In this document: positions 20,318-29,026 of the stretch, in pieces
Layout of the letters: each line of letters begins with the position of its first letter
Numbering within the stretch: the stretch's first letter is position 1
Assembly: GCA_028723455.1 (NCBI GenBank)
Contig: JAQYEW010000064.1
Span: 5,617-69,616, forward strand
Length of the DNA: 64,000 nucleotides
Reading direction: 5' to 3'
Origin: Prevotellaceae bacterium
GTDB taxonomy: Bacteria; Bacteroidota; Bacteroidia; Bacteroidales; Bacteroidaceae
Program-made: the position numbers and the translations under genes
Notes under the pieces: generated by a model
Told to the model about the DNA's origin: nothing
What the model saw: the letters and a program-made list of their open reading frames with translations, nothing else
Databases searched by the model: none

Positions 20318-21469
20318 ATGAAAAAAAACTATTTGAACTATGCGCTTATGGCATTGGCCCTTCCTTTGGCCATTGCATGTGATGAGGAAAACAAGGTGGT
20401 ACCTTTCAATCCTGACACGACAGCCCCCAACGGTATTCTGGTATTGAACTCAGGCAATCAGGGCAAAGCCATTGACGGTAGTTTGCATTTTATTAAGGAC
20501 AACACTGTTACCAATGATGTGTTTAAGGGAGTCAACCAAACCTCTTTGGGTGGAACGCCCAATGACATGATTGTGTACGGCTCAAAGATCTACATCGTTT
20601 CAACGCTTGAGAACACTGTTTTCGTATTGGATAAGAACACCAGAAAGCTGTTGCAGCGCGTGAGCACTACGGACTTGATGGGCAAGAGCGAAGGCCAAAG
20701 CCCACGTCAGCTGGCTGCAGGCGACGGTCAGGTGTTTGTAAGTGCATACAGCACGGGTGGTTCAACGCCCTACAGTGCTGACTTGCGTGGCCATGTGGCT
20801 GCTTTCGATACCATCAATTTTGTGAAGACAAATAGCGTCGAAGTAGGCAGCTACCCAGAGGGTCTTGATTATTACAAGGGCAAACTGTATGTAGCAAACA
20901 GCGGCTACAGCAAGGGTAATTCCAATGTGATGATTGTGAATTGGATGACAGGCGAAAAAGAGACCTTTACCAATGAGAATCTGGAGAACACCCAGCAGGT
21001 GGTGGTTGTTGAAGACGGCTATTATGTGTTGGATTGGGGACATTACAATAAAACGAACTGGGCACAGGAGGGTACAGGTCTCTTCTTTGTTTCTGCCAAG
21101 GACAACCAGGTGTCTAAGGTTGCTGAAGCAACAAAAATTGATGTGCAGACCTATGACCTTGCCGGCAAGCGCCAGGCAAACATGACTTTGCTGAGTGCTC
21201 CCTATCTGGGTAAGGTCAGCTATGGCTTCTATCAGACAGCAACGAAAGAGCTGCGCGAACTTAATGGTATCCAAGTGGATGCGCCCTCAGCCATCGCCAT
21301 GGACAAGGCAACGGGCAATATCTATGTTGCCTCTCTGCCCATGGGCGAGTATGGCTATGCCGACTACTCAGGCATCAGCTATGTTGTTGTTTATGACAAG
21401 GACGGCAAACAGGTGAACCGCTTTAATGTTGGCAACGGACAAATCGTAAAATTCGCACGTGTTTACTAA
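20318..21469 (+). CDS. Surface lipoprotein, YncE/DUF5074-like beta-propeller
   Basis: ORF track, 383 aa. The lipoprotein signal is MKKNYLNYALMALALPLAIAC. Blade-like segments recur (ILVLNSGN, IYIVSTLENTVFVLD, VFVSAY, LYVANSGY, IYVASL). Confidence 0.65.
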   Translation: MKKNYLNYALMALALPLAIACDEENKVVPFNPDTTAPNGILVLNSGNQGKAIDGSLHFIKDNTVTNDVFKGVNQTSLGGTPNDMIVYGSKIYIVSTLENTVFVLDKNTRKLLQRVSTTDLMGKSEGQSPRQLAAGDGQVFVSAYSTGGSTPYSADLRGHVAAFDTINFVKTNSVEVGSYPEGLDYYKGKLYVANSGYSKGNSNVMIVNWMTGEKETFTNENLENTQQVVVVEDGYYVLDWGHYNKTNWAQEGTGLFFVSAKDNQVSKVAEATKIDVQTYDLAGKRQANMTLLSAPYLGKVSYGFYQTATKELRELNGIQVDAPSAIAMDKATGNIYVASLPMGEYGYADYSGISYVVVYDKDGKQVNRFNVGNGQIVKFARVY

Positions 21470-22616
21470 TCGTTACGGGTTATGCCTGAAACGAGCAACT
21501 ATCGTATCAGGCCTCATCATCATGGTCCTTCTGCAGCATGCTTGCATGCCGCAGAAGGGCTCTTCTGTTTCTGATGGCGGCGATACCCTTCGCATGAAGT
21601 ATGCACAAAACATTACTATCGTGCGTAAAAAGGGATTCACAGAAGTGAATCTGGTTGACCCCTGGAACAAGGAGCGTTTATTGCATAGGTACTTACTTGT
21701 CTCCCGTGATTCGCTCTTGCCCGACTCTTTGCCCGAGGGCACAGTACTACGCACACCGATGCAACGCTTAATTGCTGCCACAGCAGCCCATGTGTGGCTG
21801 ATGGAGGAATTGGGTGCGTTAGATCAAGTGGTAGGCGTATGTGAAGGCAAATATATGCATGCTCCCGGCATGCGCAAGCGTATTGCTGCGGGCAGTGTGA
21901 TAGATTGTGGCACGCCCCAATCTCCTGATTTGGAGAAAATCATTGATTTGGAAGCTGACGGTGTCATGCTTTCGCCTTTTGAGGGTGTACGAGAGCACGG
22001 AAGACTGGAAGATGCGCAAGTGCCCATCATCGAACTTGCGGACTATATGGAGTCAACAGGCTTGGGACGTGCAGAATGGATGCGTTTCTATGGTTTGCTC
22101 TTAGGATGCGGACACAAGGCGGACTCCCTGTTTGCCTCCATTGAAAAACGCTATCTTGACATTAGGAGGAAGGCCAAAGGCCTGTCGCAAGGCCCCAAAG
22201 TATTGCTGGAACGTCCCTTCCAAGGCACTTGGTATGTACCGGGCGGATGCAGTCGCGTGGGCAGTATGCTGAAGGACGTGCATGCACAATATATCTTTGC
22301 CCATAACGAACAAAGTGGCAGCTTACCCTTGAGCATAGAGGAAGTACTGAGTCAAGGCTCAGATGCCGACGTCTGGATGATTGTGCAAAGCGGAACGGAG
22401 CGTATCACGCGCAATAGTCTGCTCATGGAGAACGGTGCGTATGAATATATCAAGGCTTTCCAAGAGAAGCGGATTTATGTTTGCGAAAGCGACAGCACGT
22501 GTTTTTTTGACGAAACACCCTTCCATCCCGATCTGTTGCTTGCTGATTACTTTCATATCATGCACCCCAATGTGGGTTTTAGACCTCTAAGGTATTACAA
22601 AATGCTGAACGAATGA
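21459..22616 (+). CDS. ABC transporter periplasmic substrate-binding protein, BtuF/siderophore-binding family
   Basis: ORF track, 385 aa, GTG start, with the start position uncertain. It has a lipobox-like LLQHAC and sits between the receptor genes and the FecCD-type permease. Confidence 0.7.
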   Translation: MFTNRYGLCLKRATIVSGLIIMVLLQHACMPQKGSSVSDGGDTLRMKYAQNITIVRKKGFTEVNLVDPWNKERLLHRYLLVSRDSLLPDSLPEGTVLRTPMQRLIAATAAHVWLMEELGALDQVVGVCEGKYMHAPGMRKRIAAGSVIDCGTPQSPDLEKIIDLEADGVMLSPFEGVREHGRLEDAQVPIIELADYMESTGLGRAEWMRFYGLLLGCGHKADSLFASIEKRYLDIRRKAKGLSQGPKVLLERPFQGTWYVPGGCSRVGSMLKDVHAQYIFAHNEQSGSLPLSIEEVLSQGSDADVWMIVQSGTERITRNSLLMENGAYEYIKAFQEKRIYVCESDSTCFFDETPFHPDLLLADYFHIMHPNVGFRPLRYYKMLNE

Positions 22617-23608
22617 AGTATCTGCTGCTTACCTGCTTGCTGCTGCTGTTCTTTGTGCTAAGCCTTTTTATCGGCTCCATTTACATTCCGCCCCTGGAGA
22701 TACTGAGCGTTCTTACGGGAGGGGAGGCATCGCGCGGAGTCTATTCCTTTATCATCCTCTCCACCCGTCTGCCTCAGGCTCTTACCGCCATACTGTGTGG
22801 TGCTGCATTGTCCACTTCTGGTTTGCTTTTGCAAACAGCGTTCCGCAATCCCTTGGCAGGCCCCGGCGTGTTTGGTGTAAGTAGTGGGGCAAGCATGGGG
22901 GTGGCGTTTGTGATGCTGGCGTTTGGGGGGACGATGTCCCTCACAGGCGTGGGCGCAAGCGGTATGTTGGCCGTACTGTTGGGCGCTTTCTTGGGTGCCA
23001 TCGCAGTAACCATCTTGCTCTTGGTGTTTTCTGCCTTTGTTCGGGGCACGACGATGTTGCTTATCGTAGGCATAATGACAGGCTACCTGGCCAGCTCGGT
23101 AGTGGCGTTGCTCAACTTTTGGGCGTCGGCCGAAGGGCTACGTACCTATGTTCTGTGGGGAATGGGAAGTTTTTCCGCTATTCCTGCCCGCTTCATGCCG
23201 TTCTATATTTATATGGTAATAGCGTGTCTGTTGCTTAGCCTGTTGTTGATCAAGCCTCTCAATTTGCTTCAGTTGGGCGAACGCTACGCAAAGAGCCTAG
23301 GATTGCATGTGGAGAACGTACGCCGGCTACTGCTTTTGCTGACAGGGATGCTGACGGCCATTACGACAGCGTTCTGCGGTCCTGTTTCATTCATTGGTCT
23401 TGCCGTTCCTCATTTGGCGCGACTGGTGTTTAGAACGGCAGACCATCGCCAGCTACTGCCCAACACGATGCTCATAGGCGCTATCGTAGCCCTTGGTTGT
23501 CAGCTGATCTGTCAATTACCGGTCTGGAGCACCTTGTTACCCATCAATGTGGTAACGCCGCTGTTGGGCGCACCCACCGTGCTTTATGTTATTCTAAAAA
23601 AGAAATAA
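22613..23608 (+). CDS. FecCD/BtuC family ABC transporter permease
   Basis: ORF track, 331 aa, a polytopic membrane protein with ..RNPLAGPGVFGVSSGASMGVA.. typical of FecCD permeases. It overlaps the upstream gene by 4 nt. Confidence 0.88.
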   Translation: MKYLLLTCLLLLFFVLSLFIGSIYIPPLEILSVLTGGEASRGVYSFIILSTRLPQALTAILCGAALSTSGLLLQTAFRNPLAGPGVFGVSSGASMGVAFVMLAFGGTMSLTGVGASGMLAVLLGAFLGAIAVTILLLVFSAFVRGTTMLLIVGIMTGYLASSVVALLNFWASAEGLRTYVLWGMGSFSAIPARFMPFYIYMVIACLLLSLLLIKPLNLLQLGERYAKSLGLHVENVRRLLLLLTGMLTAITTAFCGPVSFIGLAVPHLARLVFRTADHRQLLPNTMLIGAIVALGCQLICQLPVWSTLLPINVVTPLLGAPTVLYVILKKK

Positions 23609-23610
23609 CG

Positions 23611-24123
23611 ATGAAAAGGATTGTATTGATTACCGGCGGAGAACGCTCGGGCAAAAGCACCTACGCAGAGAAACTTGCGCTGGCCTTGAGTTCCAATCCT
23701 GTTTATATAGCCACAGCTCGCATCTGGGATGATGAATTCAAGCACCGCGTCAAGCGACATCAGGAGCGTCGCGGTGCAGAATGGACTAATCTGGAAAAGG
23801 AGAAGTTTTTAAGCCAATGCGACGTAGAGGGGCGTGTGGTAGTCATAGATTGTATTACCCTGTGGTGCACCAACTTTTTTTTCGATCTTGATTCAAATGT
23901 TGATGAAGCACTGTGTGCTTTGAAGCAAGAATTTGATCGTTTTACACAACAAAATGCTATCTTTGTCTTTGTTACTAACGAAATTGGCATGGGAGGTACC
24001 TCTGAAAATACACTCCAGCGTCGTTTTACCGAACTTCAGGGATGGATGAACCAGTATGTGGCTGGCAAGGCGGACGAGGTGGTGTTGATGGTAAGTGGGA
24101 TACCCGTAAAGATAAAGGGATGA
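23611..24123 (+). CDS. cobU: Adenosylcobinamide kinase / adenosylcobinamide-phosphate guanylyltransferase
   Basis: ORF 23497..24123 trimmed to the ATG at 23611, [23 protein letters not shown] (P-loop). Confidence 0.9.
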   Translation: MKRIVLITGGERSGKSTYAEKLALALSSNPVYIATARIWDDEFKHRVKRHQERRGAEWTNLEKEKFLSQCDVEGRVVVIDCITLWCTNFFFDLDSNVDEALCALKQEFDRFTQQNAIFVFVTNEIGMGGTSENTLQRRFTELQGWMNQYVAGKADEVVLMVSGIPVKIKG

Positions 24124-25157
24124 AGACATTTCATATTACGCTACCCGACGAAGCGCTTCGCGGTTCGTTGCAGCAGAAGATTGACAACCTGACCAAGCCC
24201 AAGGGAGCCTTGGGGCGGTTGGAGGAACTTGCTTTGCAGGTGGGACTTGTTCAGCAAACACTATCCCCGACATTAAAATGCCCTACAAATGTGCTCTTTG
24301 CCGGCGACCATGGCATTGCCGACGAAGGTGTCAGCCTTTCGCCCAAGGAAGTAACGTGGCAACAGACTTGCCATTTCTTACAGGGAGGTGCAGGCATTAG
24401 TTTTCTTTGCCGTCAGCATGGATTCAAACTGAAAGTGGTGGATGCGGGCGTTGATCACAACTTGCCCTACGAGCAAGGCATCATCAATAAAAAGGTGGGG
24501 CGCGGAACGAAGAATTTTCTTTACGAAGCAGCCATGTCGGCGGAAGAGATGGAACGTTGTCTGGTGCATGGTGCGGAGGTCGTTGACGATTGTTTCAACG
24601 AGGGATGCAACGTGATTAGTTTTGGTGAAATGGGTATTGGCAACACTTCGCCATCATCCGTCTGGATGTCTGTGTTTACGGATATTCCTTTGGAAAAGTG
24701 CGTAGGGGCGGGTAGTGGATTGGATGCTCCCGGCATCGCACATAAATATAAGGTGCTTCGTCAGGCCATGGAAAACTATCGGGGCGATGGTTCTGCACGT
24801 GATCTGATCCGCCACTACGGTGGCTTTGAAATGGTGATGGCGATCGGGGCGATGCTTCGTGCGGCAGAACTGAAGATGATCATCCTTATCGACGGATTTA
24901 TCATGACGGCTTGCCTCCTTGCTGCCTCTCAACTTCATCCCGAAGTAATGGCGTATGCTGTCTTTGGGCATCAGGGCGATGAATCCGGTCATAAAATGCT
25001 GTTGGACGCTTTGCACGCAAAACCCCTCTTGAATCTCCATCTGCGCTTGGGTGAAGGTTCGGGTGCCGTGTGTGCCTATCCTATCTTGGATTCCGCCGTC
25101 AGGATGCTGAACGAAATGGATAGTTTCCAAGCCTCCGCCATTACGAAATATTTCTGA
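24120..25157 (+). CDS. cobT: Nicotinate-nucleotide--dimethylbenzimidazole phosphoribosyltransferase
   Basis: ORF 24042..25157 trimmed to the ATG at 24120 (ATGA overlap with cobU). Motifs are [46 protein letters not shown] and LGEGSGA. Confidence 0.92.
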   Translation: MKTFHITLPDEALRGSLQQKIDNLTKPKGALGRLEELALQVGLVQQTLSPTLKCPTNVLFAGDHGIADEGVSLSPKEVTWQQTCHFLQGGAGISFLCRQHGFKLKVVDAGVDHNLPYEQGIINKKVGRGTKNFLYEAAMSAEEMERCLVHGAEVVDDCFNEGCNVISFGEMGIGNTSPSSVWMSVFTDIPLEKCVGAGSGLDAPGIAHKYKVLRQAMENYRGDGSARDLIRHYGGFEMVMAIGAMLRAAELKMIILIDGFIMTACLLAASQLHPEVMAYAVFGHQGDESGHKMLLDALHAKPLLNLHLRLGEGSGAVCAYPILDSAVRMLNEMDSFQASAITKYF

Positions 25158-25906
25158 TGATGAACCTCTTAGCCGCTTTTGTGTTCTTTACGCGTTTGCC
25201 CTTTTGGCGCATTTGCCCTGTGTCGGCGGACAGTTTCAAGCACGTTGTCCCCCGGTGGCCGGTGGTCGGGTGGCTGACGGGTGGCGTCATGGCTGCTACG
25301 CTGTGGCTTGGGGCGCATTTTTTGCCCTTGAGCCTTGCTTGGCTCGTGGCCATTTTATCGCGCATCTTGATTACAGGCGCACTGCACGAGGATGGTTTGG
25401 CCGATTTTTCCGATGGCTTTGGCGGTGGAACCTCGCGCCGGCGAACCCTGGAAATCATGAAAGATTCGCATATTGGCACCTACGGTGTCTTGGGACTTGT
25501 CTTTTATCTGCTCTTTCTTTGGCAGGTGCCATTGTCCCTGCCGTTGCCTCTGCTTTGTACGGTTGCGTTCTGTGGTGATGTTTGGAGCAAAGGCTGTGCT
25601 GCCCAGCTTATAAACGTCCTGCCTTATGCGCGAACGGAAGCGGACAGCAAGGCCAAAGTGGTTTATGGCCGTATGTCTGGTTGGGAATTTACGCTCTGTC
25701 TGCTTGCTGCGGCTCTGCCTCTTGTGTTGTTGCTTCCGATAAAGTTCGGGTGGGCAGCCGTGGCTCCCCTGCTGGTGTTCGTTTTGCTTTGGCGCATGAT
25801 GCGCCGTCGTTTGCAGGGATATACGGGCGATTGTTGCGGGGCTACTTTCCTGCTGTGCGAACTGTCCTTTTATTTTGCCGTCGTTCTGTTATGGAAGTTG
25901 TTTTAA
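25157..25906 (+). CDS. cobS: Adenosylcobinamide-GDP ribazoletransferase (cobalamin synthase)
   Basis: ORF track, 249 aa. It has FTRLP.. and GALHEDGLADFSDGFGGG and is a membrane protein. Confidence 0.92.
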   Translation: MMNLLAAFVFFTRLPFWRICPVSADSFKHVVPRWPVVGWLTGGVMAATLWLGAHFLPLSLAWLVAILSRILITGALHEDGLADFSDGFGGGTSRRRTLEIMKDSHIGTYGVLGLVFYLLFLWQVPLSLPLPLLCTVAFCGDVWSKGCAAQLINVLPYARTEADSKAKVVYGRMSGWEFTLCLLAAALPLVLLLPIKFGWAAVAPLLVFVLLWRMMRRRLQGYTGDCCGATFLLCELSFYFAVVLLWKLF

Positions 25907-26421
25907 TACGTCATACCTCTGTCGATGTGCCTGCCGGTGTGTGCTACGGGCGAACGGATGTGCCCTTAAAGGCCGGTTTTGAGGAGGAAGCCGCAAGGAC
26001 CAAACACGAATTGCAGGCTTTGGGCGCTTTCGAGCATGTCTTTTCCAGTCCGCTTTCGCGTTGCCTTCGCTTGGCAGCCTATTGCGGATTTCCTCATCCA
26101 CAGCAGGATAACCGCCTTTTGGAGTTGGATTTTGGAGATTGGGAGATGAAATCCTTCGATGAAATCACGGATTCTCGCTTGCAAGCATGGTTCGATGATT
26201 ATCTCCATGTGGCACCCACGAACGGCGAAGCCTTTAGCGACCAGATTAGGCGTGTAGGCGATTTCCTCGATGAATTGAAAGAAAAGGACTATGGCCGCGT
26301 GGCTGTTTTTGCGCATGGAGGCGTATTGCTCAGCGCACAGATCCATGTCGGAGCATTGACCATAGAAAAGGCGTTTGAAAGCATCACGCCCTATGGCGGC
26401 ATTATAAGCATAACAATATGA
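25891..26421 (+). CDS. cobC: Alpha-ribazole phosphatase (histidine phosphatase family)
   Basis: ORF 25582..26421 trimmed to the ATG at 25891: MEVVLIRHTSVDVPAGVCYGRTDVPL (RHG-type motif). It overlaps the end of cobS. Confidence 0.85.
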   Translation: MEVVLIRHTSVDVPAGVCYGRTDVPLKAGFEEEAARTKHELQALGAFEHVFSSPLSRCLRLAAYCGFPHPQQDNRLLELDFGDWEMKSFDEITDSRLQAWFDDYLHVAPTNGEAFSDQIRRVGDFLDELKEKDYGRVAVFAHGGVLLSAQIHVGALTIEKAFESITPYGGIISITI

Positions 26422-27319
26422 AACAGAGCGAAACCATCGCGATTTCCACCCGTCGGTTGATGCCAACGGAGCGAATCATGTCGCTGGTGGTCAGTTCCCT
26501 TTCGTTGCTTCCGATATAGGGCTTCCAAACAGGTTCGCCGAAGTAGTCGTGCGGTCCGCCGAAACGGCAATTCAGGATAGCAGCCAGAGCCGCCTCGGGA
26601 TAGCCCGAATTGGGGCTTAAGTGATTCCTTCCTTGTTTCCATACGAAGGCAAGGGAGCGCAGTTTGCCCGTTAGCAACAGCATCAATAGGGCTGTCAGGC
26701 GCGCAGGAATATAGTTTGCGGCATCGTCGATACGTGCGGCCCAACGGCCAAAGAGCGCGTAACGCCGGTTCTTGTAACCTATCATCGAATCCAAGGTGTT
26801 CACCATCTTGTAGGCCATCATGCCGGGAACGCCCAGTAGCAAATACCAAAAGAGGGGAGCGACGACACCATCGCTCAGGTTTTCCGCCAGAGTTTCCAAT
26901 GCCGCCGTACGCACTTCCTGGGCCGACAGGGCAGAGGTGTCGCGCCCAACAATGCGGGCTACCTGCTTGCGCCCTTCAGCTAACGACTTGTCAACAGCCC
27001 GAAACACCTCTCTCACTTCATGAATAAGGGTTGTACCGGCCAGACAGTAAAATACCAATATAATCTCCCATCCCCACCGCAGCCAAGAAGAAAAACCGTT
27101 CAAACATTGTAAAAACGCCCAGGTAAGGCAGAAAGTAAGCACAATGAGCAGTGTGCTCAGGATGGCGCCTTTCCATAGGCGGTTCTTCCCCTTGTTGAGA
27201 TGGTGCTCGCCAAAGGCTATTGCCTTTCCGAAGTACACCACGGGATGGGGGAGCCAGATGGGGTCGCCCAACAAGCAATCCAAGCCCCATGCGATGAGTA
27301 ATACTATTCCGCCAACCAT
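26402..27319 (-). CDS. cbiB: Adenosylcobinamide-phosphate synthase
   Basis: ORF track, 305 aa: LLIAWGLDCLLGDPIWLPHPVVYFGKAI.., a membrane protein of the CbiB/CobD family. Confidence 0.9.
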   Translation of the reverse strand: MVGGIVLLIAWGLDCLLGDPIWLPHPVVYFGKAIAFGEHHLNKGKNRLWKGAILSTLLIVLTFCLTWAFLQCLNGFSSWLRWGWEIILVFYCLAGTTLIHEVREVFRAVDKSLAEGRKQVARIVGRDTSALSAQEVRTAALETLAENLSDGVVAPLFWYLLLGVPGMMAYKMVNTLDSMIGYKNRRYALFGRWAARIDDAANYIPARLTALLMLLLTGKLRSLAFVWKQGRNHLSPNSGYPEAALAAILNCRFGGPHDYFGEPVWKPYIGSNERELTTSDMIRSVGINRRVEIAMVSLCFILLCL

Positions 27320-28359
27320 TGCCTGATGGCTTTTACGAGTTCTTGGTTTGCCTCGTTCCCTTGCGAAGCAACGCGGAAATAGTGCGAATCAAGCCCCTCG
27401 AAGTTCGATGCGTCGCGAATCAGCATGCCATGCACATTCGCCAGATATTCCTTCAGAGAGGCCGCCGTGCCATATTTCAGGTGGCATAGCATGAAATGCG
27501 TTTGTGTTTCCCAAACGTCTACGCATTTTGTATCTATCAGTAATTGACGCAGCATAGACGCTTCGTTCAAGCATTGCTTTAGGTCGAATCGGGCAAAATC
27601 CCCATGCCGGCAAATGAACATTCCCGCCTCTATAGCCAAGGCATTGACGGACCACGGCATCCTTCGGTGGCGCAATTCATTCAACAGAAACTCATTGCCC
27701 GAAACATACCCCAGGCGAAGACCGGGCAGGGCATAGCGTTTGGTAAGGGATTGGAGCAAGAGAACATTCGGGTATGCACAGACCTGCTTGGGCGTAAGCA
27801 TCGTTTGCATTGTAAAGGCGTCGTAGGAACCGTCAATTACAAACACAACGCGCGGATTGGCCCTGAACAAAGCCTCTAAGACATCAGAGGGGACCGTACT
27901 TCCCGTCGGGTTGTTGGGGTTGCACAGCCAAAGCAGACACACGTCGGGAGGCAGTTGATAGCCTTCCGAGGCGGTTGGTAATCGGAACAGCTGCGTCAAA
28001 CGATGGTCGTGCATGTGGCAAGCGTCGGCATATTCGCTGAAGGTGGGTTGCAGGATGGCGGAGTGCATCATGCGGAAGGTTTGTGCAATCAGGTAGATTG
28101 CCTCCGTAGCCCCGTTTGTAACCAAGACCTCGGATGGGGAGACTCCTTTCTGGCGGGCAATTTCCGTTTCCAGGCTAAACGGCTCCGGCTCAGGGTAGAA
28201 GGAAAGCAGATTATGCCCCTTTTCATCGGTGTTCTGTAGTTTATCGGCCAAATGCAGCCAAAGCTCGGAGAGATTGATACGACCATACACGTTTGAACTG
28301 AAGTTCAAACGCATGGGCTTGGAAAAGTGATAGCTGTCGTCGCCGTGTCCTTGAATCAT
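27304..28359 (-). CDS. cobD: Threonine-phosphate decarboxylase (class I/II aminotransferase fold)
   Basis: ORF track, 351 aa: MIQGHGDD.., LWLCNPNNPTG and SLTKRYALPGLRLGY (PLP lysine motif). Its 3' end overlaps the cbiB start by 16 nt. Confidence 0.85.
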   Translation of the reverse strand: MIQGHGDDSYHFSKPMRLNFSSNVYGRINLSELWLHLADKLQNTDEKGHNLLSFYPEPEPFSLETEIARQKGVSPSEVLVTNGATEAIYLIAQTFRMMHSAILQPTFSEYADACHMHDHRLTQLFRLPTASEGYQLPPDVCLLWLCNPNNPTGSTVPSDVLEALFRANPRVVFVIDGSYDAFTMQTMLTPKQVCAYPNVLLLQSLTKRYALPGLRLGYVSGNEFLLNELRHRRMPWSVNALAIEAGMFICRHGDFARFDLKQCLNEASMLRQLLIDTKCVDVWETQTHFMLCHLKYGTAASLKEYLANVHGMLIRDASNFEGLDSHYFRVASQGNEANQELVKAIRQWLAE

Positions 28360-28695
28360 GTTTGTTTCGTTTCTGAATGCAAATGTAATCTAAGTTTGGC
28401 AGACATCCTATGTTTGTTGCCGGGAAATCTCCATTTTCCGACACCAAACTTCCGTTCATTTCTTCAAATCCGTTTTTGCATTTTGCTTGCAAAGTCATTG
28501 TTTTGCTTGCATTTTGTTTTTAAAGAATCGCTCTGTGCGGCGTTCCTTGCTCTTATGCGGACGTTTGGCTTGAAATTTTGCCATTAAACACACTGTTGAT
28601 AACCAGGTTGTTATGGAATATGTCATCTGGATGATGACAGGATTAACGCAGTATCATGCGGAATCGGAGGGATAAAGTGAGCCAGTATTCTAAAG

Positions 28696-28735
28696 AAAAA
28701 CATATAATTGAAATGATTGAAACATATATAAAACA
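28696..28735. repeat. Two partial copies of the AAACATATA repeat core, 22 bp apart (locus D)
   Basis: The sequence is aaaaacatataattgaaatgattgaaacatatataaaac. The c of the 'cat' falls at 28701 and at 28723. Confidence 0.5.
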
Positions 28736-28989
28736 GCATCAAACTAACTATTTGTTTTCGCCGGACTACCTTATTTCTGAAAATCGAACAAAAGAACAGA
28801 CTTTTTCCTTCTAAAAATGATTCTTTCCGGAATTATTTCAAAATGACAATCTGAACGCTATTTCGTTGTTTTGCTTACATATTGACTTTCTGAAAGACAT
28901 TCGCGCAAGCGACATTCGGGTTTGTCCGTTATCCCTGGATTATGGCAAAGAAATGTCCACTAACTTTTTTTCTTTCCGCTCGTTTTCGT

Positions 28990-28997
28990 TATCTTTG
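28990..28997 (+). promoter_or_regulatory. Bacteroidota -7 box (TAtcTTTG) for the sigma-54 activator operon
   Basis: The sequence is tatctttg, 30 nt upstream of the ATG at 29027. Confidence 0.5.
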
Positions 28998-29026
28998 CAT
29001 TTGCTTTATGGCCTTAATCGGATAAA

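Noticed and set aside
28566-28581. A TGGC-N8-TTGC sigma-54-like element in the cobD / activator intergenic region.
   Set aside because: As I read the sequence, the GG-to-GC spacing is 13 rather than the required 12, and the CAC of the -24 element is missing. It also lies about 445 nt upstream of the nearest plus-strand start. This is too weak to call.
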